This document shows, piece after piece, positions 6,593-14,849 of a stretch of 32,176 bases of DNA. The stretch's first letter is position 1, and every line of letters starts with the position of its first letter. Under the pieces are notes generated by a model. That model saw only the letters and a list, made by a program, of their open reading frames with translations, was not told where the DNA came from and did no database searches. Position numbers and translations under genes: made by a program. The stretch comes from a virus (Duplodnaviria; Caudoviricetes): the IMG/VR virus record IMGVR_UViG_3300007974_000007, positions 1 to 32,176 of that record; one strand, given 5' to 3'.

Positions 6593-6636
6593 TTTAACGG
6601 GGGAAAGCTGCGGTGAGTACCCTACAAAGGCACACT

Positions 6637-7005
6637 ATGGACGAAGAAGCCCAAACGGTAGCTTGCACTCAACTCATTGCAAATGTTGTTTCGCTTGCAG
6701 TCATTGATGCTTGCCTCAAGCCGGTCAAACGTAAAGATTCATCTAGGCACAAAGTTTTCGTATCACAAGACAAAGCCATCGACGCAATCATGTTTCTAAT
6801 GGAACGCGCTGAACATTTTGTCGAACTGATTGGTATGGAAGGATCGCGCTTCAAAAAAGAACTGATAAAAACAACGCGGAAAGATTCAACCAACGACATT
6901 ACTAAACATCTTACCGATGAGCAACGCAGATACTTTCGTTTTAATCTTGATTATTGGACAAAAAATCCCGCACGACGCAGATTTTTACCGGAGGAAGAAG
7001 AATGA
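6637..7005 (+). CDS. Hypothetical protein
   Basis: ATG at 6637 after AAAGG; ATGA overlap with the next gene. Confidence 0.65.
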   Translation: MDEEAQTVACTQLIANVVSLAVIDACLKPVKRKDSSRHKVFVSQDKAIDAIMFLMERAEHFVELIGMEGSRFKKELIKTTRKDSTNDITKHLTDEQRRYFRFNLDYWTKNPARRRFLPEEEE

Positions 7006-7265
7006 GATTAGCCGACGCAATCAATTGGATGATGAATTACGACGCACTACAGCCTGATTTGATACCCGTCGATAACTGGAGGCCACAAGACCCACGACGC
7101 TATGACGAAAAACGCAAAGAGTGCATTAAGTACCTGCGAGAACGTAACCTCTACATTCTCGATGGTCACTTTACCCCCACGAAATCAAGTCACACAGACA
7201 TAACCGTGATCTTCAATCGTGAGAAAAGCAAAAACGGCGACACACTCATACAGGTGGCTAAATGA
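7002..7265 (+). CDS. Hypothetical protein
   Basis: Start MRLADAINW at 7002 with GGAGG upstream; overlaps both neighbours. Confidence 0.65.
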   Translation: MRLADAINWMMNYDALQPDLIPVDNWRPQDPRRYDEKRKECIKYLRERNLYILDGHFTPTKSSHTDITVIFNREKSKNGDTLIQVAK

Positions 7266-7504
7266 AAATGCTTTGTCTTGTCTTACTGCTTACAGGCTGT
7301 GCAGCGGATGGCACGTCAATGCTGCTAGTCGATAAGGAAGTGTCTCCCATGTCGCGGATGCAGGTCATTGCAGCTATCAATGAATGCGAAGGATCAGGCA
7401 CTAGGGCGATGGTCATCACTACAAACCGCAAGGTTAACGGTCACATGATCCCGTCAGTCGTGGAAGTGACCTGCATACCTAAGTTCACCTCACATCTGAA
7501 ATGA
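7262..7504 (+). CDS. Small lipoprotein
   Basis: MKMLCLVLLLTG/C signal peptide with an LTGC lipobox and two further Cys. Confidence 0.75.
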   Translation: MKMLCLVLLLTGCAADGTSMLLVDKEVSPMSRMQVIAAINECEGSGTRAMVITTNRKVNGHMIPSVVEVTCIPKFTSHLK

Positions 7505-7896
7505 AACCCCGCGCCCGTCAAATCATTGAAGGTATGCAGGAAGTTCTGCGCCTAAATATGGAACTGACCGCCACCAACATCGCCATAATCCTCAACGACG
7601 ATGCCGGGAATATCACTCGCTATATGACAGGCATGGTGCGTGATGGTTTAATTTTGCGAATGGGGTTGCGCTTGCAATACAACGGCAAAACCCGCACCAA
7701 GCACATGATGTGGCGCATCAACTACAAAAAAATAAAGGAACTAGAAAATGCGGAAGCAACGACGATGGAGGCTGAAGGATCATCCAGCGCAATGCACGAA
7801 ATGCCAAGAGATCAAGCAACCGACAGAATACAGTTTGACGAAATTCAAAACGCTCTCGTCTTGGTGCAAAGAGTGCCACCGAACCCTGTGCCGTAA
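7501..7896 (+). CDS. Hypothetical protein, possible winged helix
   Basis: LTATNIAIIL......ITRYMTGMVRDGLILR...MWRI resembles a wHTH; the tail overlaps the next ORF. Confidence 0.55.
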   Translation: MKPRARQIIEGMQEVLRLNMELTATNIAIILNDDAGNITRYMTGMVRDGLILRMGLRLQYNGKTRTKHMMWRINYKKIKELENAEATTMEAEGSSSAMHEMPRDQATDRIQFDEIQNALVLVQRVPPNPVP

Positions 7897-7927
7897 TTTG
7901 TATAGGAAAAAACATGATCTTTTTTAG
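7748..7927 (+). CDS. 59-aa Zn-finger protein (CxxC...CxxC)
   Basis: Not in the track. MRKQRRWRLKDHPAQCTKCQEIKQPTEYSLTKFKTLSSWCKECHRTLCRNLYRKKHDLF; AAGGA RBS. Confidence 0.7.
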   Translation: MRKQRRWRLKDHPAQCTKCQEIKQPTEYSLTKFKTLSSWCKECHRTLCRNLYRKKHDLF

Positions 7928-8090
7928 TGGCTTGATAATGGCAGCGCTTGGCTTTTGCGGCTTTATGTTTGTCTGCAATCCCAAAACAAAACAAACAACG
8001 TTTGCAGAGGATGTTTGTGCGTTTGTTCTGTTTGCTGGTCTTTGCATTGCCTTGATCGGCGCTATTCTTTGGGTGGTGCGTCATGTTTGA
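7914..8090 (+). CDS. 58-aa two-helix membrane protein
   Basis: MIFFSGLIMAALGFCGFMFVCNPKTKQTTFAEDVCAFVLFAGLCIALIGAILWVVRHV; AGGA RBS. Confidence 0.6.
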   Translation: MIFFSGLIMAALGFCGFMFVCNPKTKQTTFAEDVCAFVLFAGLCIALIGAILWVVRHV

Positions 8091-8232
8091 CCGCGAATAC
8101 ATCAAGACGCTACAGCCTAAAGCGCTTGAGCAGCTTGTCGAGCGTCACCGAAAAAGCGCCATTCAGCAAGGCTTGGTGACCGGCATTTTGTCAGGATTCT
8201 TACTCGGACTTTTATTTGGGAAATTACTATGA
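8083..8232 (+). CDS. 49-aa protein with C-terminal membrane anchor
   Basis: MFDREYIKTLQPKALEQLVERHRKSAIQQGLVTGILSGFLLGLLFGKLL; ATGA overlap with the next ORF. Confidence 0.6.
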   Translation: MFDREYIKTLQPKALEQLVERHRKSAIQQGLVTGILSGFLLGLLFGKLL

Positions 8233-8408
8233 TGGACTACGCTGAAGGCATTATCGAAATTGCGCGACTGCGCCAAAACGCGCACTATGCGCTGCTGGCA
8301 AAAGATTGGGCAAAGGCGTGTGATCTAGCGGATGAGATCGTCAAGACCGCCTCATCGCTGAAACTTTTTTGTATCTATCAGATGAAAGACGATGATGGAA
8401 AACTATGA
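8229..8408 (+). CDS. 59-aa helical hypothetical protein
   Basis: MMDYAEGIIEIARLRQNAHYALLAKDWAKACDLADEIVKTASSLKLFCIYQMKDDDGKL. Confidence 0.6.
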   Translation: MMDYAEGIIEIARLRQNAHYALLAKDWAKACDLADEIVKTASSLKLFCIYQMKDDDGKL

Positions 8409-8556
8409 ACGGTGCAAGGTTTGTGACGTTGCTTTCCGAAAAGGCGATAAGGTCATGTGGTGCAAAGTCCGGTCATGCCCTGATACCCAGCAGCGCGAAC
8501 CTACCGAACAGCAGTTGCGGTGGATATTCGGCAAAAAGGTTACGCCAGCATCCTAG
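8392..8556 (+). CDS. 54-aa Cys-rich hypothetical protein
   Basis: MMENYERCKVCDVAFRKGDKVMWCKVRSCPDTQQREPTEQQLRWIFGKKVTPAS; ends where it meets the convergent endolysin gene. Confidence 0.5.
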   Translation: MMENYERCKVCDVAFRKGDKVMWCKVRSCPDTQQREPTEQQLRWIFGKKVTPAS

Positions 8557-8980
8557 TCCCTGTTTTGTCGATGATCATCTTAGAACCCCTGATGGCATAG
8601 GTCGGGCCATTAGGGACGCTGATATGAGTCCACGCATCAAACTCTAGGATGATTTGATCGAATGGCACAGAGGCCGCTATACACGCCTCTACAACCTGCT
8701 TGGGAGTCATGCCGGGTACGCGCAAGTCTGCCGCGCAGCCTAGACGGTGCTGACTGCTGTCTTTGCTGCCTACCGCATCGTTGACCTGTTTGCTGCGAAA
8801 CCCGCTGTTAATCATCACCGGCTTGCCGCCTACCGCTTTTTTGACCTGCTCCAACAGTTGCGCCAGTCGGGTCAGGTTAGCCACCTCGTCGCCGTTGGGC
8901 GTATTGTCCCAACCATTCCTAGCCGCCGCCTCTGAATGCGTTAATTCTTCTAAGGTGAAATGCTCTGTTAGATGCGTCAT
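8540..8980 (-). CDS. Endolysin, peptidase M15 family
   Basis: HFTLEEL...INSGFRS...N.AVG....SQH..G.AAD...W.HIS zinc-peptidase motifs. Confidence 0.92.
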   Translation of the reverse strand: MTHLTEHFTLEELTHSEAAARNGWDNTPNGDEVANLTRLAQLLEQVKKAVGGKPVMINSGFRSKQVNDAVGSKDSSQHRLGCAADLRVPGMTPKQVVEACIAASVPFDQIILEFDAWTHISVPNGPTYAIRGSKMIIDKTGTRMLA

Positions 8981-9201
8981 TTTTCAATATGCTCCGTGAC
9001 TTTGACTGCCGCTAGGATGCCTATAAACCCGCCCACAATGGTTTGGAACGATGGGCCGATAATCTTGAACACATCGTCGTTATTGATGATGCTGTTAGGC
9101 ATGAACAGACCAATTAGAAACACGCCTACCATCGAAATCATTACTAGCGACAGCGTGATACTGACAAGGATCGTCACAAAACAGATGGTTTTCTCTCTCA
9201 T
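8977..9201 (-). CDS. Two-TM membrane protein of the lysis cassette (holin/antiholin-like)
   Basis: Two hydrophobic segments; lies between holin and endolysin with ATGA overlaps. Confidence 0.6.
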   Translation of the reverse strand: MREKTICFVTILVSITLSLVMISMVGVFLIGLFMPNSIINNDDVFKIIGPSFQTIVGGFIGILAAVKVTEHIEK

Positions 9202-9590
9202 TTCTTAACACCCATGATTTTCTCAAGCGTCCTGCCGCCAAAGTAAAAGGACATGATAAGCATTCCCCATTGCCCTAGCAGTTGCACGTATTCCTTGTTT
9301 ACCTCGATATCCCATGCCGACATCATGCCGAACACGGTATAGGTAACAAGAATGAAAATCAGCGTGGTCGGACGGATGTTTTTCGACAGCCATGAATCCG
9401 AAGCCATGTCTGCTTTAAGCCGGTCTGTCAGTTCGTGCTGTTCCGACACATCCGCATTTAGTTGCGCTAGTTCGCCGTTCTGCTGCATCTCTAACAGCTT
9501 TAGCTTGGCAGCTTCAGCCTGTGCAGGATCAGGAAATACCTTGTCGAGTATTTTGCTGCCTATGTCTAAGACCGCGCCTAGTGGAAACAT
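9198..9590 (-). CDS. Holin, 3TM GTA-type family
   Basis: ILDKVFPDP....AKL.L, D..SDSWLSKNIRP and FYFGGRTLEK motifs; start MFPLGAV at 9590. Confidence 0.8.
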   Translation of the reverse strand: MFPLGAVLDIGSKILDKVFPDPAQAEAAKLKLLEMQQNGELAQLNADVSEQHELTDRLKADMASDSWLSKNIRPTTLIFILVTYTVFGMMSAWDIEVNKEYVQLLGQWGMLIMSFYFGGRTLEKIMGVKK

Positions 9591-9591
9591 A

Positions 9592-10125
9592 TCAACCCCT
9601 GTAGTAAATGGCGACAAAGATGATGATGCCGCCGATGCCTAGAAACACGAAGATGCCCGCAGTCATCAGCAGTTCTTCCTGTTCCTGTTTCTTCCTTGCT
9701 GCTCGGTCTTTAGCCAACCTTGCCTTGCGGATTGCTTCTCGATTCTCTGCGTCTTGCTCACCGCTGATCCTATCGCGCTCGGCACACAGTTCGGCGTACA
9801 AATCCATCTCGCCCTTAAGTGCAAACATATCGCGCAGTTCACGTTCAAACTCGCGCATTTGCTTGCGCTGCATCACAATTGTAAATGCTTGCGACAGGAC
9901 GCTTTCTTGCTGTGCTGCTTGTTTTGGATCGTTCGACTTAGGCTGAGTCTTTAATACCTCAACCTCTTTAGCAGCTTTCTCAATCTGCCCTTGAGCCTTG
10001 AAAAACTTGCTGAGATCGTCGTAACAATCTTTGATCTCATGCCCAAGATTGATTGCTTCCTTAACGAAGCCAACGCTAGTCTTAGCTATTGCAAATGCTG
10101 CTCCAATAGTTACGGGATCGAGCAT
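9592..10125 (-). CDS. Coiled-coil protein with C-terminal TM segment
   Basis: MLDPVTI..AFA N-terminus, charged helical body, hydrophobic C-terminus; sits in the lysis region. Confidence 0.65.
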   Translation of the reverse strand: MLDPVTIGAAFAIAKTSVGFVKEAINLGHEIKDCYDDLSKFFKAQGQIEKAAKEVEVLKTQPKSNDPKQAAQQESVLSQAFTIVMQRKQMREFERELRDMFALKGEMDLYAELCAERDRISGEQDAENREAIRKARLAKDRAARKKQEQEELLMTAGIFVFLGIGGIIIFVAIYYRG

Positions 10126-10129
10126 TCAT

Positions 10130-10291
10130 TTAGCCCCCTGTTTTTGTCACTAGATGCAGCAACAAAAGAATAATTGAACCAGCACAGGCAATGCCGATAG
10201 TTTCGATCCGCTTGATGCGGAGGATGGTTTCTTTCCAACGCTCCGCGCAGACCGCCTCATGCACAGACAACCGGGTATCCATATCTTCCAT
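10130..10291 (-). CDS. 53-aa coiled-coil plus TM protein (XhlA-like, lysis-associated)
   Basis: Not in the track. MEDMDTRLSVHEAVCAERWKETILRIKRIETIGIACAGSIILLLLHLVTKTGG. Confidence 0.65.
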   Translation of the reverse strand: MEDMDTRLSVHEAVCAERWKETILRIKRIETIGIACAGSIILLLLHLVTKTGG

Positions 10292-10293
10292 GA

Positions 10294-11016
10294 CTACGAC
10301 TTCATAATGTACGCAAGTGCGTAGTACGGAGGCAGGTTAGCGTTCGTTCCGCTAACACCCGTTGATGCGTTGGTTACTGATACGTTTGCATAGCCGGTCG
10401 CGGTTGTGTAGGTAGACGCATTGCCTGACTGCACACCGGGAGAACCAGCAGCGTTAATGTTGCCGTTGTTGGCAGTGTAAGTGTGCGTATGCCCGGAATC
10501 CGTTGCAGTTGCCGTGTGCGTATGGCTTACCACGACAGCATCAGCAGAACCACCAGTAGCTGCAACCGCATAGGTAGAGCCTGCGCCAACAATGAACCGA
10601 TTGCGAAGGTCGGGAGTACCGTTAGAACCATCGCACAGATAGTAACCAGTAGGGATTGATCCAGTCGCACCCGACCACAACACAATCACGCCCGAAGGAA
10701 GGCTAGGCGACGTTGCTGGAATCGTTCCTAGAATTCCGTAAAGGTTGTCGTAGGTTTGAATCAATACGCCCGCAGAATCCTTTAGAACAAACTTGTAGTT
10801 GTAACCATAGGTGAGCCATATTTCATTTGCAGGGCGACCATCGCTACCAAGGACAATCGGGTTCGCGTTAGCCACGTTGCCGCTGTTGTCGGTATACGTT
10901 GCTAGAGGCGTGCTAGAACCTGCTTGATAGGTGTAAATCAAGCCACCGGATAGGGGAGTTCCTGCATTAGTGAGGAACTGAAACCCGTTGCCGATAGGGG
11001 ATAGGTTGACTGCCAT
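10294..11016 (-). CDS. Short tail fibre: virion-binding N-domain plus tail-collar-like domain
   Basis: QF...G.PL.GG.IYTY.AG..TP..TY...NANPIVL..GR N-domain; GVIVLWSG...IPTGY.LCDG.NGTPDLR.RFIVGAG collar; HTH repeats; NLPPYYALAYIMK end. Confidence 0.8.
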   Translation of the reverse strand: MAVNLSPIGNGFQFLTNAGTPLSGGLIYTYQAGSSTPLATYTDNSGNVANANPIVLGSDGRPANEIWLTYGYNYKFVLKDSAGVLIQTYDNLYGILGTIPATSPSLPSGVIVLWSGATGSIPTGYYLCDGSNGTPDLRNRFIVGAGSTYAVAATGGSADAVVVSHTHTATATDSGHTHTYTANNGNINAAGSPGVQSGNASTYTTATGYANVSVTNASTGVSGTNANLPPYYALAYIMKS

Positions 11017-11025
11017 GATTAGTCC

Positions 11026-13221
11026 TTATTGGTTTTTGCCGTACTCAATAAACTCGTTAATCTTGTTTAGCTTTTTGGTGGTCTGACGGTTGTCATAAGC
11101 CATTTTCCCTAGCGTTGCAATGGGCGCTGGTATACCGCCAAGTGCAAACTGTGCGCCTGTTTCTGCAAGCATTACGCCAATTTGTGCGGCAGTACCCGAA
11201 GGATTAGTTGTGCCTTTAGGAACTGTTTGCAGGTCTTTGGTTACGTCGTTCAATGTACGGTAATGCGCTGCACCTTCCTTGCCAAACAACAACTCCAATT
11301 TGCCGCTTTTGTCTAGCTGACGAATTGTGTTATCTAGTTTTGCAGTAGACACGTACGGCTTGCCATTAATGTCTTTGTCTACGCCTTTGGTGGCTTCATT
11401 CTTGATGTGTTCCGCAACATAGCCGCGCAGTTCATTAGCCATACGAACGCCGTCCGGCCCTGACTTTTCAAGCGTTGCAAACAACTTTTGCACATCTGAT
11501 GCAGGGCCACGCAAAATAGACTTATCAACAAGGCTTTCAATCGCCACGGCTCTATCAGTCGTGCCTTTCTTGATGGCCGTCAGATTCTTAATGACAGGTG
11601 TATCTTCAAATTCGCTCATGTAACGGGCGTTAAGTTGTCGCGCTTGCTTGTAAAGATCGCCACCGGCTTTTTCGGTTGCAACATCAATGGCTTTTTTCAG
11701 CTTGTTGCCGTGATACATACTACCGCGCTGCGTCGGATCAATCTCGTTAACAATGACTTGCCGAATGTCCTCAAGTTGTCGCAGGCTGATCTGCCCCGTT
11801 TTGCTTGGATCATTGGCTTTTATTTCGTCTTGAATAATGCCAAGGATTGGATTGTTTGATTTAAGCGTAGGGCGATCTTTTGTGACCTTGTTCAAGTAAT
11901 TTACTAGCGGCGCATAGGACACAAGTTGAGACATTTCGCCAGCAGCATCTGCCGCTTTGTATGCTGTCCTAACTTCGCCTTTTCGCGCTTGTCGATACGG
12001 TTCAACAACGTTAACCAATGCTTCGCCTAACTGTGCAGAAGCAACGCCAGTCATTTCTGCGCCAGTACGCTCAATTAACGCCTGCATATTTTGCTGAATC
12101 AAATCATTGTCGCGGGCGTATTTTTCCTGTAACGCTTGACCTAAAACTGGGTCTTTTGCTGTCTCGCGGGCAAACCGTACATCCGCAGGGTTGCGTGTCG
12201 CTTGATCTTTTGACAGTTCAATCGGCACAGGCAACGACCTTGCGTTTTCAATACGCAGTTTTTCAGGCGAGACAGCCGCAGCGCCAACGCTTTGCACTCC
12301 GACAGGCGCAGCACCGCCAACAGGGGCAGCAACAGGCGCAGCAGTACCGGCAGCAGGTGCGGCAGCTTGAGCCTGTGCAGCTTGTTGTGCTTGCCTAGCT
12401 TCTAGTTGCTGACGCAGTTGCGTAGGCACATCAAGGTTAATCACGCCCTCACCCGGCGGCACTACGCGGGCAGGCGAAACCTCAACAGTCGGACGTTTTG
12501 GGCCACCACGCAAACCTAAAACCATTGGCGCAGCAGTTAACGCGCCCTTAGTGATAGCACCCGCAGCAGGAGAAACTTGCGCCACAGCCGATCCTGCTGG
12601 CTCTGTAATGTATCTCTCTGCATATTCTCCGGGAACAGCCAAAGCCTCGGTAACATTTTTTGCTTGCTGGCTTTTTGGTTCATAGCTTAATGCGCCGGTG
12701 ACACGTTCAACCCAATTTGCCCCCTGACCCGCAGGGCCGGGAAGAATCGTTCCTACAAGACCTGCAAGACCACCCGCAACCGTAGCCGCAGGGTTTTGCA
12801 CTAACGTGCGTAAAATTTCACTATTTGAAGTAATACCTTCATTAATGTTACGTTGAATTTGACTCAAACGACCGGACATTGCTCGCACAGTTTTCGGCGC
12901 TTCTCCAGTGCTTTCAGTAACAAACTTATCAATGGATTCGGACGAATAATCGCTCGGCACTTCGCCGCCAGTTACACCTAGTTTTGCCCGCAGTCCTTGT
13001 ATCTGCGTGCGTAAGGTTGCATCGTCAGGGTTAAGTTTTTGCTCGTCTTGCAGAATCCGCAAACGCACGCGGTCGCGGTCTTGTTGTTGCGATGGCGATA
13101 CAACCGTATCCGGTCTGACTGGCGCTTGTCTTGCAGGCGCTTGCCTTGCCGGAGATTTGCCTACCGATTGATTGACAAAATCATCAATCGCGGCAGAAGA
13201 ATACTCATCTCTCGCGCCCAT
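11026..13221 (-). CDS. Large DNA ejection (internal virion) protein, P22 gp16 position
   Basis: 731 aa, Ala/Gln-rich helical; third of three genes after the tail nozzle. Assigned by synteny. Confidence 0.65.
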   Translation of the reverse strand: MGARDEYSSAAIDDFVNQSVGKSPARQAPARQAPVRPDTVVSPSQQQDRDRVRLRILQDEQKLNPDDATLRTQIQGLRAKLGVTGGEVPSDYSSESIDKFVTESTGEAPKTVRAMSGRLSQIQRNINEGITSNSEILRTLVQNPAATVAGGLAGLVGTILPGPAGQGANWVERVTGALSYEPKSQQAKNVTEALAVPGEYAERYITEPAGSAVAQVSPAAGAITKGALTAAPMVLGLRGGPKRPTVEVSPARVVPPGEGVINLDVPTQLRQQLEARQAQQAAQAQAAAPAAGTAAPVAAPVGGAAPVGVQSVGAAAVSPEKLRIENARSLPVPIELSKDQATRNPADVRFARETAKDPVLGQALQEKYARDNDLIQQNMQALIERTGAEMTGVASAQLGEALVNVVEPYRQARKGEVRTAYKAADAAGEMSQLVSYAPLVNYLNKVTKDRPTLKSNNPILGIIQDEIKANDPSKTGQISLRQLEDIRQVIVNEIDPTQRGSMYHGNKLKKAIDVATEKAGGDLYKQARQLNARYMSEFEDTPVIKNLTAIKKGTTDRAVAIESLVDKSILRGPASDVQKLFATLEKSGPDGVRMANELRGYVAEHIKNEATKGVDKDINGKPYVSTAKLDNTIRQLDKSGKLELLFGKEGAAHYRTLNDVTKDLQTVPKGTTNPSGTAAQIGVMLAETGAQFALGGIPAPIATLGKMAYDNRQTTKKLNKINEFIEYGKNQ

Positions 13222-14840
13222 TATTGACCGCCGATCATGTTGTTAATGGTACTAACCTTCAACTTAAGCTGTTTTAGTTTTGGAGAATTAGGGCCACCAA
13301 GTTCTTTTATCAATTCTTGTCCAGCAACTGTGTCGTTATTTTTTATTGCATCCATCAACCGGAATGCGTTTACCTCTGCAACTTGTGACCACATATTTTG
13401 GAATTCTCGTGCTGCGATTGGGCTATTGTTTGCTTTCGCTACTGCATTGTTTACGCCTTGATTAAACAAGTCAATGCCTGTAGACATAGCACGATTGATG
13501 CGGGCTGTGCTTTTGATAGCGTCAGCAGTCCATGACGTTGTGCCCGTCATCCTTTCAGCAATGCCGCGTGCCGCATCCGTTCCAAGTCCTGACGCGGAAG
13601 CAAGGTTAGCAGTCTCTAGCGCCATGTAATGACCTAGCTTGTTCAAAGCATCAGCCATATTTGTGCTTCCAACAAGACCAAGACCTGCATATCCACCAGT
13701 TAATCCTTGCAGCAAATCTGCGCCTCTACCTGTTGCAGCTTCATCTGCCAATTTAATGATTTGGTTTGCATTGAATTGGCTTTGCGGCACACTTGTTGCG
13801 GCTTTGTTTGCTGTTAATTGTATGTTTCTTGCTGCCGTCATTGTTGCTTCAGTTTCATTTGCTGGCATTCTTACTACACCCATTGAAGGCGCAGCAGGTG
13901 CGGCAGCTTGAGGCACAACAGGACGCGGTGCAGTTGGTGTAGCACCCGGCAATGACGATTCCGGTGCATTTGTAGGAACTGTTACTTGTCCAATTGCCCT
14001 GCCGGTTGCATCAAACACGTTGAAAATTGGATTGTTGTGTACGTCAACGCGACCAGTGTCAACCATGCGAGAGCCGGGCGGCAATTCTATTGGTGCTATT
14101 GCTTGTCTACCAACTTGAATGCTAGGCGGCATACCACCAACAGACGGCGTAGTAATTGTCGGAAATACCTGTGCGCCTGTGCTAAGTGTTCCAACAGTCG
14201 GTGCAAGTGCTTGCTGCTCAGACGGCTTAAGCAACGTTTGTGCGCCAGCAATCGCAATTCCCGGCAAATTCGGCCCTGATTGAATGTCTGCCCACGTTGT
14301 TTTATATGCGTCAATCAGTCGATGCAAATCAGGATTTTCGGGATTTTCTTGTTTCAGCAGTTCCATTTCTCGCAAATATGCGTTTTTGTCCTGCACCCCA
14401 CTTCTGCCTAAAATTGCAAACCTACTAGCCACTATACTGCGTTGTTCTTGCGTTAGCTTTTGCTTTGCATCAATAGCTTGCGTTTGTGCTTGTCCCAGCG
14501 TAGTAAATCTGCTTATCACATCGCCATGAGTTAGCGGCGCAATGGCAGGGAGAGACTTGTTCATCTTGTCAATGTCGATGCGTCCATTTGTCTGATAGTT
14601 TTCAGGGTTGGACATAAACTGCATGACATTGTTGCGCTCGGTGTTTTTCTGTTCTTCAACCCCTAACGCAATCTGCCCTGTGCGCGTTGTTTGTTGTGCT
14701 TGTTGCAACAACAACGGATTAACTTCCCGCGCTTGCTGATAGCTTTGCAATCCCGCTGCGGTGTTAACCATGTCAGCAAGATTTGTCCTTAGAGGTTGCA
14801 CACCTTGGGGAATGTTTGTATTAAATCCAAAATCTGCCAT
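13221..14840 (-). CDS. DNA ejection protein, P22 gp20 position
   Basis: 539 aa, Gln/Ala-rich. Assigned by synteny. Confidence 0.65.
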   Translation of the reverse strand: MADFGFNTNIPQGVQPLRTNLADMVNTAAGLQSYQQAREVNPLLLQQAQQTTRTGQIALGVEEQKNTERNNVMQFMSNPENYQTNGRIDIDKMNKSLPAIAPLTHGDVISRFTTLGQAQTQAIDAKQKLTQEQRSIVASRFAILGRSGVQDKNAYLREMELLKQENPENPDLHRLIDAYKTTWADIQSGPNLPGIAIAGAQTLLKPSEQQALAPTVGTLSTGAQVFPTITTPSVGGMPPSIQVGRQAIAPIELPPGSRMVDTGRVDVHNNPIFNVFDATGRAIGQVTVPTNAPESSLPGATPTAPRPVVPQAAAPAAPSMGVVRMPANETEATMTAARNIQLTANKAATSVPQSQFNANQIIKLADEAATGRGADLLQGLTGGYAGLGLVGSTNMADALNKLGHYMALETANLASASGLGTDAARGIAERMTGTTSWTADAIKSTARINRAMSTGIDLFNQGVNNAVAKANNSPIAAREFQNMWSQVAEVNAFRLMDAIKNNDTVAGQELIKELGGPNSPKLKQLKLKVSTINNMIGGQ

Positions 14841-14849
14841 GATTCATCC

